From the NCBI GenBank assembly GCA_001244265.2, contig CDLV01000004.1, positions 930,001-994,000 on the forward strand: a stretch of 64,000 nt of DNA. The letters run 5' to 3'. The stretch comes from Microbotryum violaceum (Eukaryota). Below the pieces are notes generated by a model. That model saw only the letters and a program-made list of their open reading frames with translations. It was not told the DNA's origin and ran no database searches. Of this stretch, positions 29,701 through 42,391 are shown piece by piece. Numbering within the stretch: the stretch's first letter is position 1; the number at the start of each line of letters is the position of its first letter. A program made the position numbers and the translations under genes.

Positions 29701-32602
29701 GTGATACAAGAATTAATAAAACGTTGCGTCGCACACCTTCTGGTATCCATCTCCGCAGATGGTGCGGCAAGCGAGGGTGTGCTGCAACGAAATGTTGCCG
29801 TCCTTTTGCGCGATCAGGGTGGCGCTGTTGCTCAAACCGGATCAAGGAACGCGTCATCATACACCCTCCCCTCCCCAGATCCGGACGGAGTGTTTCCTGA
29901 GATCACTATATCGACCGTCAACGTCGCGGGAACGCCGATAGTCTTCTGTCGGGACGAAAAACACCTGGCCAAATATCTGAGGAACGCTATCGACTCTGGA
30001 GCAAGATTGCTGTTCGGTGGTCTCGGATGCATTGCCTACCAGGATATGCTCACCATCCTGGGCGGACTGGAGTCGCGTCGTTCTCTGTCTCGTCGTGATG
30101 TGGTCGGGCGTGATCGTCAAGACGACAATGCAACACATCGGGCATTCTCCAAGGCGACGCTCGAACTCGTAACCGAACTCGCTGAAGACAAAAAACTCGA
30201 CCCCGATGCGGTCGTATATCTCTTCTTATGTGGCGAGTTACACGATGCCATCCAGAACCGGTCGCTTCAGCCCCTTGAACGTATCAGGATGTTGCTCGTT
30301 GTCAGATATACGTTCGAGGCGTGGAAGACTTTGTCCGAAGTCGCCCCGGATCTAGCTCTCACTCGTTCCTCGCCAAAGAAACGCTTGATGGGGTCAGGAA
30401 GATGGTTGACTCAACGATTGCTCTCGTCCGCAACTACCGAGATTTTTGGCCGAAGGAATCGTTCATTCCCTGGCGGCATGGCACAGAATTGGTGGAGCAC
30501 TTCTTCGGGGTATACGCCAGATTGTAAAGGAGTTCGATGCTCTAGAGTTCTTGCAGGTGCGTTCTTCATAAATCAATCTAATCTATACAGTAGTTAACCC
30601 GACTAGAATTCGACAGGCAACTGGCAAAGTCACTGCACTCTTGGAGCTCATGAGGAAGTTTAAGACCGAGGCGGCGGGATCACGTCAAGGCTACCATCAT
30701 ACCTACAACGACCTCAACGATCTTGACCTTGTTGCGATGCGAACGTACCCCAGTGATGGCGACATCTCTCTCACCAGTTTTGCAGCGGCAAATACTGCGC
30801 GTGAACTGCTTTCAGGTTTACGCATGTGGGAGCCTGTGCAACGCATCGCGTCCAACAGACGCAACCAAGGTCCGCAACCTGACATACTCGTCGAGGACGT
30901 ACTCGCCCATGGCACAACAGTTCAAGGTATGGAGCTCCGAACGACTTGGTCTACAAGTGATGCGTATCTGACACGGGATACCATGCCCACTTGAAGTAGA
31001 TCTTGAAGACCATCATCCTACCAAGGAAGATCAAGGTCTGCTCCGCACCGAATTGCTGGATTTTGCTCTTGATGGCATGCGGCGTAGCACGTGCCAAGGT
31101 GTTGTGAAACTGGACCCAAACGAGCGGGAAGTTGTCGACCGTGCAATTCGATCGCTTGCAGCTCTGGACTTTGACGTTGAGGCAGCCTTGTGAGTGGACA
31201 CTTCACTGTGCCACGTGCGCTGAAGCGTTCTTCTACCTTTTAATCCGGACCTCATATTGTTCTCCTTTCTCATTGGCCAGACTTGACGTGCAAATCGCTT
31301 ACGACGAAGCTGACAGACAAGCTGAGGAACGCTACGTGCTCGAGACCATTGAGAAGGCAAACAGCTCATTACGTCCAATCGTGCGTCTACCAAGCTTAAC
31401 TAGCGTAATTTCGATCTGAACTCATGCATCTTCGGTACTATACAGCCTACACACTTGAAGCTTCCGCCTCTTGTTGATGCTGGCGATACCATTTTCTCGC
31501 TGAACTGGGCCAGCTTGATTGCCCATCGAGCTGCTCATGAGTGTAGCCACCTCAGAGCTGTTCTACTCAAAGGGAGGCCAATAGAATTGAGCGACACAAG
31601 TCGCGGAGAGGCAGGCTTAGAGATTAGCAATACAGAGCAAGGACGCAGTGCAGTACATTCACGCGTCTTGAAAGGGTTGGTGCAGTCCATGGGACCATCT
31701 CGCTTCGAAGACATTGCGGGCACCGCAAGGAGCTTTCGCTGGACTGGAGGTGGCCAGGTGGCCCGAGCGCTCACAACAAACGAGATTCAGAAGAACGCCT
31801 ATATTGAGGACGGCCGCATTCAAGTGAGTTGTTGCTGAATTTAGGAACGAAGGCAGCTGGATCTAATGTTTTGCCGGTCCTATACTTTTAGGAAAAGCTC
31901 CCTGAGAGAGACAAGCAGTATGGAGCGCTAGCACAACGCTATCCTCATTTTGGATCGCTTGACGGAGCTGTAACCGCTGCCACACCATTGGAGATTGGAT
32001 CTCTGATCTGATTTGGCCTCAAGCGTGGCATGCATTCACTCAGCTGCAATCAAACTGCTTATGGAGAAGAAGCGCTGTCTATCGGAATTGGTGCATTGTT
32101 TTGAGTGGCAGTTGAGCTGTGAAGTTCTTGTTTGACACAAGTCTTGTGTCCTACAGTGCGATACATCTACAGCAAAGTGACAACAAACCACTGCAACCAA
32201 GACACACTTGCCTCGTTGGTTCTACTCTCAAATGTCGTCGTACAGGAGCTTTGCCTCATCAAGAAAACATGCTATTCCACACACCTCATTGATGGCACTA
32301 TGCCGTTCCGCATGATTGATGGTCGACAGGTCATCGAGTCATTAGGCCCGTCAACGACTACATATCGTTCAACCATGGACCTTGCCTCATGTTACCCGGA
32401 CGAGCACCTAATCAGCACGAGCGCACATGCCGAGCAAAGGTTTGCCGCCCTTCGGAGCGTGCCCGGCCTGCAAGATGCCGCCGGCAGAACCTCTACAAGT
32501 CGCACAAATCCCACCGCAGAAACAACGAGCTCAACTTCAGCAAAAAGGAAGTCTGACAACGAAGCAGCGAGCCAGCCAGCAAAGCAAGGAAGGCTTGTTT
32601 GA
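26718..32602 (+). pseudogene. Multi-exon Ulp1(C48)-like protease + zinc finger + P-element-type DDE transposase, with some lesions
   Basis: WL..., HWVL..INSL...QQEDSYSCG (C48-like); CGRC...HLGNKKC; LHVDDKK, SISADGAAS, DEKHLAKYLRNAI, DRQDD.A.HRAFS and EHFFG match P-transposase motif order; GT-AG introns (e.g. donors at 29140, 29513). Confidence 0.75.
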
Positions 32603-32749
32603 AGCCTGGAGCCACGCGCAACACCAGCCGAAGCGACGCGCGCCGCAAGCCACTTTCGATAGGCCGCAGCGCGCCCGCAAACGCTCGGAACGCGTTTTCG
32701 AGGACTTTTGAGCGATTTTTGGAGCATGTAGAACACATTTTGATAATAT

Positions 32750-35700
32750 TATTGAAACTGAACAGCAATGTGCTGAACGAGTTGGCGGCAGGGACGAGCC
32801 AATGAGTTTGTAATCAAGTGAAGAAGAGGAGACAAAGACGCGAATCGCGCGCGCAACTAATATAAAGTGCAGACGCACGTAGTGCGGATTTAAGGCAAGA
32901 GTAATTTACTTCAACACCCCCCCTTGCTCTTGGCCTGAAACTTGCTGAAGGCCAATAGCGTCGCAATGACGCTGGAAAATTGCTCGAGGCAGCGGCTTGG
33001 TGAAGATATCGGCCACCATGTCATGGGTAGGGATGTAGGTGACCGAGATCTCTCCATTTCGAACGTGCTCCCAAACAAAGTGCTCGAAAAATGCGAAGGT
33101 GTTTGGTGCGAGCATGGAAGACCGGGTTCTGGGTGAGCGCGATAGCGCCTTGATTGTCTCCAAGCAGACAAAGGGGCGACAATGTGTCAAGGCCGAGCTC
33201 GGTGAGGAGCAAGCGAAGGAAGACTGCCTCCTTGGCAGCGTGCAAAAGAACCAGATACCTGGCTTCCGTAGACAAACACGCCACTCAGGGTTGGAGACGG
33301 GATGACCACAATATTGCGCCACCAGCCAGTTTGAACAAGTAGCCCATCGTTGACCTTGACGTGTTCACGTCGGATCCCCAGTCCGAGTCAGAATACCCCT
33401 TGTATCCCAGCAAGGGTTTGTTGTTAGCCATGTAATGGATGCCCAGATTGAGCGAGCCTTTGATGTACCGAAGGACGCGTTTGACGGCCTCAAGATGCGC
33501 TGCCCCCGCTTTTCCAACAAACCAAGAGAGATACCCCACAGCGTGTGCAAGATCGGGTCGGGTGGCAACAACGGCGTACATGAGGGAGCCAATCATAGAA
33601 TGATACATCGAGTTGTTGGCTTCATCGGGGTCGATCTTGGGCAACAACTGGAGGTTGGCCTCCATTGGCGATTTGCAGGGATTGCAATCGGACATGCCGA
33701 AACGAGCCAACACGTCAACAAGGTATTGGCACTGCAGGAGGGTGATCCCGCCATCATCATGCCGGATGACCTGAACTCCTAGAATCCAGTCAGCCGGGCC
33801 GAGACGTTTTATGCCATAAAGGGTGTCGAGTTGATCCAGGACTTGATCAATCTCCCCAAGGTCGGGACCAAAGAAGAGGAGGTCATCTACGTAGAGCGCG
33901 ATGTAGTGATCACCCAAAACGTCGGCGCACCTATAAATGCATTCATTGCAGGCGAGACGGCGGTAGCCGAGATTTGCTAGAGTGGCGTTGATCGTGTCGT
34001 TCCAGACTTGACCGGCTTGCTTGAGCCCGTAGATGGAACAGTGAAGACGGAGGCACTTGCCGTCATAGCCTTCAATGCCAGTGGGGATGCGCATGTAGAT
34101 CTTTTCCTCCAGGAGGCCGTTGAGGTAGGCCTTGTCCACGTCGGCTTGTATGATGTGGTGGCCCCTGGAGGCTGCGTGCGCAACGAGAGCGCAAATGGAG
34201 GTGAACTTCGCCGTTGGTGCAAACATCTTGTCAAAATCACCTGCCTGCTGTGCGCATCCCTGAGCTACAATGCGGCTCTTTAACAACACCATTTTGCCCA
34301 CCTTATCGCGTTTGGTTCAAAACACGTGGCAACTTGGCAAGATAGTGGCTGCCCTGGGAACGGAGGCAAGGTCGACCACACTGAACACCTTGAAGTCATC
34401 CTTCATCAAGCGGAACTCCTCAATGGCACCAGCTTTCCAACCTTCCGCATGAGGGTGGCACATGGCTTCCTTCCAAGTACTGGGATCACTGGTGGGAAGC
34501 ATGAAAGGATCTTTGGGCTCAGAGAGAGGACGGTCCGCCTTAGAGACATCAATGTCGGCCTCCACAAGATTGGCAACCAGCGCAACAACCTCGTTGCCGA
34601 GTGAGAATGCAAAGGCAGAAGGCGTCGAGCGCAAGGATGCGAGGGCTCCGTACCGAGCCGGCGGATTGCGTGCACGTGGGCCTGCGGGTGGCTGCCAGGC
34701 CGGGCCAGGGGTGTCGAAATGCAAGGCAGCCGGTGGGTCAACGTGCTCGGGGGAATAATGATGACCCCGCTGTCGTTGTCCCCCGCGGCCGGAAGCGGGG
34801 GTGCTCGGATACCCGTTGCTCGAGCAGGGAAGTTGTCCTCAAAGAATGTGACGCTGCGGGACTTGAAGACCTGTCTCGTGTTGGGGTCCAGCAGTCTGTA
34901 CCCCTTGGACTCGAGGTTGTAGCCAACGAAGACGAGTGGGATGCCTCGCGGATCAAGCTTGCTGCGCAGCTTGGTGGTAGCGGCCTTCCACGCTCAACAG
35001 CCGAACACGCGTAGATGGCCAGCTGAAGGTTTGGAACCATACCAATGTGTGTGAGGTGTGGTGCCCGAGTTTGCAGAGTGCAGCAAGCGATTTTTGACGT
35101 AGACGTACATTGCCAATGCCTTGGCCCACAAAGCGTGAGGTAGGCCCGACTGGTGGAGCATTGAGCGGACACCCTTGGTGATCAAACGATTCACACGTTC
35201 GGCAACTCCATTCTGTTGAGGCATGTCAGGAATAGAGAGCTGACGAGTAATGCCTTGCTCCTCCAGGAATCTGGAGAACTCATTCGACATGAATTTGCCC
35301 CCATTATCCGAGCGGACAGCAAGGACTTTGCGTGACGTGGAGTGCTCCACCTTCGCAAGCCAGGATTTGAAGGCCGCAAAGGTGTCGGACTTGTGACATT
35401 GGAATCACCCACAAATACCGAGAATGGTTGTCCACGATGACAAGAGCGTATCTCACACCCCCTAATGACACGGCACCGTCGAACGCAAGGAGGTCCATGT
35501 GTACTCGTTCGAGCAGCTGAGCAGAGCGATTCAATGCGACGGCAGGGAACGGGTGATGCGTAATTTTGCCAGCTTGGCAAGTGTCACATTTCAAATCCTC
35601 GTTTGAATCTACCTCCATGCTGACTCCCAACACGGCTTCAGTCGAAATCAACTGTCGGAGGGCGCGTGGGTGGAGGTGAGTGAAGCATCCGTGCAAGACC

Positions 35701-37214
35701 AACATGGGAACGGCCACGAGCACACGCGGGAACGCACCCGCTTGATGAACGAGAGCAGCGACGTCGACGAGCAAGGCCTGCATGTGGTAAAGTCTGTTCT
35801 TGAGCTCGCCAGTGTGACACACCGTGTCGGCGATGAAGACCGTTGCCTTGGCCCGAGTCAGACGGATGTCGTAACCCCAATGTTGGCACGACTGGCGGAG
35901 AACAGGTTGACCGGAGCGGTGGGCACGAACAAGGCGTCGTTGAGTTGGCCAATGCTGCCGTCGAAGGAACGAACGAGGGCGGAGCCGACGCCTTCGATGG
36001 AGTTGACAACTTCACCAGTGATGCCTTCGAGCGGAGCTGGCTTGCACTTGCGGAAGGACGTGAAACATGCGCAATTGTTGACAATGTGGTGCGTCGCCCC
36101 GCTGTCCAGGATGATGGAGGGCCTGGCCAAGCTGGACATCGTGGCTGTGAGGTAGCCAAGCACAGGACTGTCAACCAGCGTCGAGATATCAGGTGCAGTG
36201 ACGAGCGAGGCGGAAGGCGCTGAAGGAGCCTTCGTCTTCTTCCCCTTGGACCCAGCCTTGTTGTCCGGGCATTTGCGATTCCAGTGCGGACCTCCGCAGT
36301 GGTGGCACGGGGAGAAAGGAGTCGCGGTAGACTTGTCCGCTGTCGCAATCGGGCTTGCCACCATAGCGACGGGTTTGGGAGCTGGCGTCTGATCCGCCTG
36401 CGTGTGGAGCGACTGGAGGACCTCCGTCGGGCTCGGTAGCCTATCCAATCCTTGCCGAAGTGTTTGTGTAGTATTCACGGTACAGATCCTTGCCGAAGTG
36501 GACAAGGCGGAACGACACAATCTGCTCGAAAGTAAGCTCGTGTCCCGAGAGCGTGTTAAAAAGCTCAATGATCGTCGCTTGGTACTTTGCGAAGGCGTCC
36601 ATGCCGGTGGGAGGGGGTCCCACGTCGAGCAACGCTTGGAGACGGATGAGAATGTCAGCCACCGTGCCGGTACCGACCGCCTTCTTGATCATCTGTAAGA
36701 CTTCCGCAGGAGTGTGGTCATAACCATCCTTTATGTGTTTTCGGATGTCCGGTGAGACAGAACGCATCAGCAGCGCGACCGCTTGGAAATTGGCGTGATC
36801 GAGATCCGTGCGCGTGTTGGGTGATTGGACGGGCGTCGCGAGGGTGCAGTTCCAATAGTCGCCGCCAAGGGCGCCTCGCACGTCGTCGATCCATTGCGAC
36901 CAGCCCTCAGCGTTTCGCAGATGGCATGATGGGTCAACATCGCGTGGTTTGACGAGGACGATAGGGGTTGTTCCCCCTGTGACCATGAGAGGAGTGCTCA
37001 TGTCTTGATGACTCGAATTGGCTGGCCGCTCGGTTGGGCTCGTAACCTATTGAAACTGAACAGCGATGTGCTGAACGAGTTGGCGGCAGGGACGAGCCAA
37101 TGAGTTCGTAATCAAGTGAAGAAGAGGAGACAAAGACGCGAATCGCGCGCGCGACTAATATAAAGTGGAGACGCGCGTAGTGCGGATTTAAGGCAAGGGT
37201 AATTTACTTCAACA
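32750..37214 (-). mobile_element. Ty1/Copia LTR retrotransposon (Copia-2), related to Copia-1 and heavily mutated
   Basis: 167-bp LTRs at 32750-32916 and 37048-37214 (6 mismatches, TG...TA); TSD AATAT; PBS GGTTACGAGCCC; fragmented gag-pol closely similar to Copia-1. Confidence 0.96.
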
Positions 37215-39914
37215 AATATTTCCGAGGCGCATGCGAAATTTTGACATTTTGGGGCCAGAATAGGGTAAAAAACTTTGAAAAAAAGGCCAAAAAAGGGCGT
37301 TTATCCGCATGCGCCTCTGACTGGGCTTTCGGGGGTCCTACCATGGGCCTGCTCGAGCGCCCGCTGCTGGGCGCCCCGCGGCTCGACCCTCCTCTTCGTC
37401 CCGCTCCGATCAACAGAATCAGCCCCCCGGCGCGTCATGACAACAATGCAACCGATCTTGGCATTGCGAGCCGGCCGTGCAGCTGTGCAGAACGGACAGC
37501 GTGGTCAGCGCGATGGCCAACTCGACGCTGGGCTCGCCCCACCACCACCTCCGCAAAGGCGAGTGCGCCGGGCTCGAATCGCGTTCAAACCCCTCAAGCC
37601 CCACGTTTCGATCCGCGACGACCTCGGCCCGCAGACGGCCGTGTGCACCCACTGCAAGGCTCGGCACTGGGAGTGCAAAAGGTCCAAGTCGACCAGACAC
37701 TTCAGCGCGTGCTGCTCGCAGGGCAAGGTGCGGCTATCTCCCCCTCCCCAGCCCAATTTCGAGTATCGGCAGCTTCTTGAAGGCTCGGATAGCGGTCAGT
37801 TGCTCCGTCCAATAACATCTCTCTGCAGTATGGCCCACATGCTGAACTGTGTGATGCACCTACACAGACGCTAAAGCATTCCGCGAGAATGCCCGGTCTT
37901 ACAACAACGCACTATCCTTTACTTCGCTCGCTACCCACTGGGACCAAACCCAAGTGGGCACTCTAGGACCTCCCGTGTTTCGCGTGTTCGGCCGCCTCTA
38001 TCATTGACTCGGTGCCCTGATCCCTGCCGTGAATCAACGCCCAGCCTTTGCCCAGACATGGCTGATCGACCCGGCCGAGGCCACCAACACACGACTTCAA
38101 GGACCCGACAGCACAGAGACTCGCATACAAAGTTCAACGCTGACCAAGCTAGAGTCCATGTTGCGCACTGGCAATCGCTTTGTGAGGGAGTTCGCATCGG
38201 CCAAAGCCGCGCGGGTTGGGATACAGCCAATGAGTGGGTCCTGCGCCTCTGTCTACCACCTGGCCGAGACCGACGCACCCACAACCTTCCTACGTCAAGC
38301 ACGGAAATGGCGATGCTTATCTGCGATTCCGGCACCAACACGGGAGATCGTGGACCGCAAGACCTTATTCTCCAGGTGCACGGTGATCGATGTCCCGATG
38401 CTCGGCCCAAGTACCAAATCGTTAGCTCGCTCCATCCGTCCGCGATGCCTCTCCGTTACCCACTACTCTTTCCTGCAGGGGAAGATGGCTTCCACCCCAA
38501 CATTCCTCTTTGCGGTTTCAACCAAGCTGGGCCGCCCATCGCCAGAAACCGAGAGCAGATCGACAATGGTGTCCAATTGCGCGAGCTACTTGCCGGCCTT
38601 GGTCCAGATGAAGAAGACGAAGAGGAGGACGAAGACCGCGACAATGAGGATGAAGACGGCGAGGAAGGGGACGAAGAGGATGGTGATGGCGAACGTACGC
38701 GTCTTCGGCTCTTTCTCTGATGTTCCATTCTGCCGAAGGCGCAAGCACAGACTGACATTGAACTTTTGAACACCTAGGACGAAGGTCAAGTAAAGGGGTC
38801 GAGGTGGCGAGTCTCGCGTTCACAATTCTTTGCGCACTACTTGCCAAACGCGCGCGACGAGCACTTCTCAATCCCGCATTGCACCCAACGTCCCTTCCTG
38901 GAGTTCGTGAATTACGGATGTACTCCCAAGTCAAGACCGATTGACTCAACACATCCGGTTACATCAAGAGAACCTACGCTTCACCACGACCCAAGGCATC
39001 AACGGCTTGACCCCGAACCAAATCGCGACATCACGCAGCGATACCAGGATGCGATGGCGTGCGTTGTCAAACATGGAAAGCCTCCGCTGCTCATCACGAT
39101 GACGTACGACCCCGACTCACCGGAAATCAAGGCTGCACTAGGGCCGATAAAGCATGCAACCGTCCGGATCTCATTGCACGAGTGTTTGAAGCAAAGTCCG
39201 GCAACAAGCGACATGTAGGCTGTTTCGGCAATGAATGTAAGATGAATGGATTTTGTTTCTTTGCTGTATTTCGTATTGTGTTTTCTTAACCTCTGCGCTG
39301 ATATCATGTAGACTGTTCGATTATCCTACTATTTTTTGAATTTCATCCTCCCGTTAATTTCCCACTGGTCCATCCTAAAACAAACGCCACAAACAGCGCG
39401 CACTATGGAGGAGTCGACGCGGTAGGACGCGGTTGGCGGGCGGGCCCTGACCGAGCTATTACTACTTACCCGAGCTGAATTCGCATTACACCGGCCGAGC
39501 TTGTTGAAATGGTGAAAGCCTGTGAAAAGCGCACAGCGGGCGAGAGGGAGATGCGCGTCATAGGCTCAGGGCGCTCTTCGGGACCTGACCTCCATCAGCA
39601 CCGAGTCACACCACGACGCTCACCTCTTTGAGCCCTCAGAGATCCACAACGTATGTCAATCCTAATGCAAGGACCACCTACTCGAGCTGACACCTTTCCC
39701 ACCCTCCCACCCTCCCACCCTCCCACCCTGCCACACTACTGCGCCCGCGTACCACTACCTGCCGTCGCTCCGGCTCCGGCTCCATATCGTCATCGCCCCC
39801 CCCCCCCCCCCCCCCCCGCGGCGGTCATCGATCCCCCATCTCGCCGCTTTCCGCTCTTGCGGCTATGTCCATGCGCAGCATCCTCAACCACCCTACAGAA
39901 ACCACCCTGAAGCC

Positions 39915-40767
39915 ATGGCCATCCCCAACCAAATCGTCTTTGGCCTACTCCTGTTCGAGAGTCAGTCCCGGTGACCCGTCCTTTTCCTTTTCCTGCTCCT
40001 GCTCCCCACACGTCATCACCCCTTTGCCCTGGGTGCTCGAGCTGGGTTCCCGACTACGCCTCCCTCCTCCCGTCAGCCGCTCACCACGACTCCCATTATT
40101 CTTTCCACAGTTGCGACCTTTATCGTACTCATCGTGCCTCTTCCCTTCACGTCCGTCACTATCCTCCTTGCACCCTACTCCAAAATCTGACTCGATTCTT
40201 CTCGCTCCCAGTTGGCGCCGAGCGCTCTTCAAGGCCATTGCCGAGTCGCAGCTGGTCGCAAAGGCCCAGTACGCGCTCAAGATCACCTTCATCTTTGTCT
40301 TCCTCTTGTTCGCCGATGCGGTCAACCATATGCTCGTACGTGCCCGCGCTCTAGGTCGAAAGCTCCGCGACCGCAAGTGATTCCCACCATCTAATCGCGT
40401 TCCCCATCGGTCAACTTTTGTCCAGAAAACCCAACGCGAAGGTGTGCTGAACAAGCAACTCGGCCAACGTTCGGATCTACGCGGCGAATCCGATTACCGC
40501 TCGCGCAAATTCCTCTCCGAACGCAATTTCTATCTCCACGGGTTCACCCTCTTCCTTTCTCTGATCCTGTCGAGAACCTATTCGCTCGTTCTGGACCTCA
40601 TCAAAGCTCAGGAGGATTTGGCTCTGTTGAAGAAGGCGAACGCGGGTGGGGGGTTGATGGGCAGTGTCGGCGCCGGGGATGAGCAGTTGAGGAAGGAGTG
40701 CGAGGACTTGTCAAAGAGGTACGACGAGTTGGTCAAGAAGAGCCCGGTGGAGAAGAAGCAGGACTGA
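39915..40767 (+). CDS. BAP31: BAP31/Yet-family ER membrane protein, 4 exons (39915-39960, 40111-40150, 40212-40335, 40426-40767)
   Basis: Spliced product MAIPNQIVFGLLLFEIATFIVLIVPLPFTWRRALF...RKFLSERNFYLHGFTLFLSLIL...KKQD, with a KKxx ER-retrieval end; canonical GT-AG introns. Confidence 0.88.
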
Positions 40768-41172
40768 GAGGGCATAGATCGAGTTGAGTACGAGGAATGA
40801 GATGGGACGTGTGGAAGGATGGAGGCCAAAAGAAAGAAAAGATGTGACGAACAAACAGGCAAAGCATCCTGCCCCCCCCCGATACTTTGTAGTGTTCACA
40901 TTTGTGTGTCGCTTGCAAATTCGTGATCCTGTCACCTCTTGGTCTGGCCTCTTGAAACGCTGCGCAGGCCTATGCGCCGATAGTGGATGTTGCTCTCGCG
41001 GGCCTACCATTCAGCTCGATCGCGCTCGTCGTTCCGACCTAACCCCAAGTGAGGAGAAACCCATGCCGAGAAGCACACTTATCGATTACAGATCTAGGAT
41101 CCACTACGCTTCTCTGTTCCTCACGCCTTCGAACGCTCCCTCTCCTGAGCTCAACCCCAAAACTCGGGCATC

Positions 41173-42048
41173 TTATGAAGTCGGTTGCACGACCTTGCCA
41201 TCGTCCCTGGAGAGATAGAACGCGTCGAGAAAGTTGTCCGGTCGGGCGGGTAACTGAGAATGGGGGCAACGAAGTGGGAGTGGGATGAGGGATAGGCCGG
41301 GGGAGGTCAGGGAATCGTTTATCGCGGTAGGGACTTACTTCTTCGGCTTGGAACCAGCGCAAGAGTTGGCTGGGGGGGAGCGGAAAAAGAGGGGACAGGA
41401 TGATTAGGATTATGGCTTCCAGAGGCAAGTGTATACAAACGTACGACTCCATCTTCCACCCATTCATGGTCTGCAATCGATCAAACCGGAAAGAATCAGC
41501 TCCCTGCGCCGCCCCCAACGCCAACGCCAACGCCATCGATTGGAGCCTAAACCCAACCCACCTCCTGATACTCCTGCTGACCCTTCAACAACAGGACATC
41601 GTACGTCTGCAAGTCGTCGACGAGTTGGTTGCGTTCAAACTGTTGGCGCACTTTGGCGCGTACGGCCGAGGCGGGAAAGTTGACCGCGTACAGTTGGACG
41701 CTGGGAGGGGTGGGAGGGGCGGGTGGCGAGTGAGTTGAACGAGGGTCTTTGGAGCGTTTCGGGTAAAGGTGGGTGCTTACATCTCGGGAGCTAGAAGAGG
41801 AGGAGGAGGGGAATCGTCGAAGCGAGCAGGCGGAGGAAGGAGAGAACACACGTAGCGAACACGAACACAGCAGCCGAAAAAGCGATGACCCTCATCGATC
41901 AGCACGACCAGCCACCATCACCGAGCTCGCACGATGACTTACCGGACCTATGCCAAGCCCGGTACAGACTCCTGGCCCTGAACCGAGCGTCGTTCCAGGA
42001 AGTGGACGAGGTCGTCAAGCGCGCCAAGCGGGCTGGGATCGTCGTCAT
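41173..42048 (-). CDS. NDUFA6: Complex I LYR-family subunit B14/NB4M, multi-exon
   Basis: MTTIPARLAR...RARSLYRAWHRS, VRAKVRQQFERN, DVLLLKGQQEYQE, TMNGWKMES, LLRWF, FLDAFY; GT-AG introns. Confidence 0.88.
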
Positions 42049-42391
42049 CGTTCAGGCGGCCAGGGGTGGCAGGTGGCAAGTGGCAGAACGGGGTCAAGAC
42101 AGCCGCTGCTGCAGCTGCCCGGCGCCGGGTCGCGAAGGCTGGGTCGCTCGAATTGCGCATTACCCATTACAAACGTGGGTCTTTCCTTAAGCGGCGAAAA
42201 ACACTCGGCGCTGATTAGTATACTATTATTAGGGCTGACCGCTGACCAGAAAAAGCTAAATTGCAGAATACCACTAAATACTAAAGAAATGAGATTTTAG
42301 CGCACTATTAGCCGACCCGTCGCTTGTGCTTGCACCCCTGCCCCACTCCTCCCACTCTCTCGCTCACCATCCACTCCTACATTCCTACATC

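Larger units (their letters stand above)
26329..37339 (+). mobile_element. P-element-like DNA transposon with nested Copia-2
   Basis: TIR AGG(G/A)CCCCCGAAAGCCCAG; 8-bp TSD ACCATGGG (26321-26328 / 37340-37347); subterminal GAGGCGCAT and TTGACATTTT repeats at both ends. Confidence 0.85.
26020..39470 (+). mobile_element. Helitron (internally deleted, Rep portion only), split by the P-like element; ends approximate
   Basis: An ORF starting at 26248 (MPRSQGR...APYHG) continues in frame after the TSD at 37348. CTHCKARHW...CCSQGKVRL, FRENARSYNNALSFTS, PAFAQ, PLRYPLLFPAGEDGFH and RYQDAMA..KHGKP.L.ITMT...RPDLIARVF are Helitron Rep motifs. No helicase seen. Confidence 0.8.
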
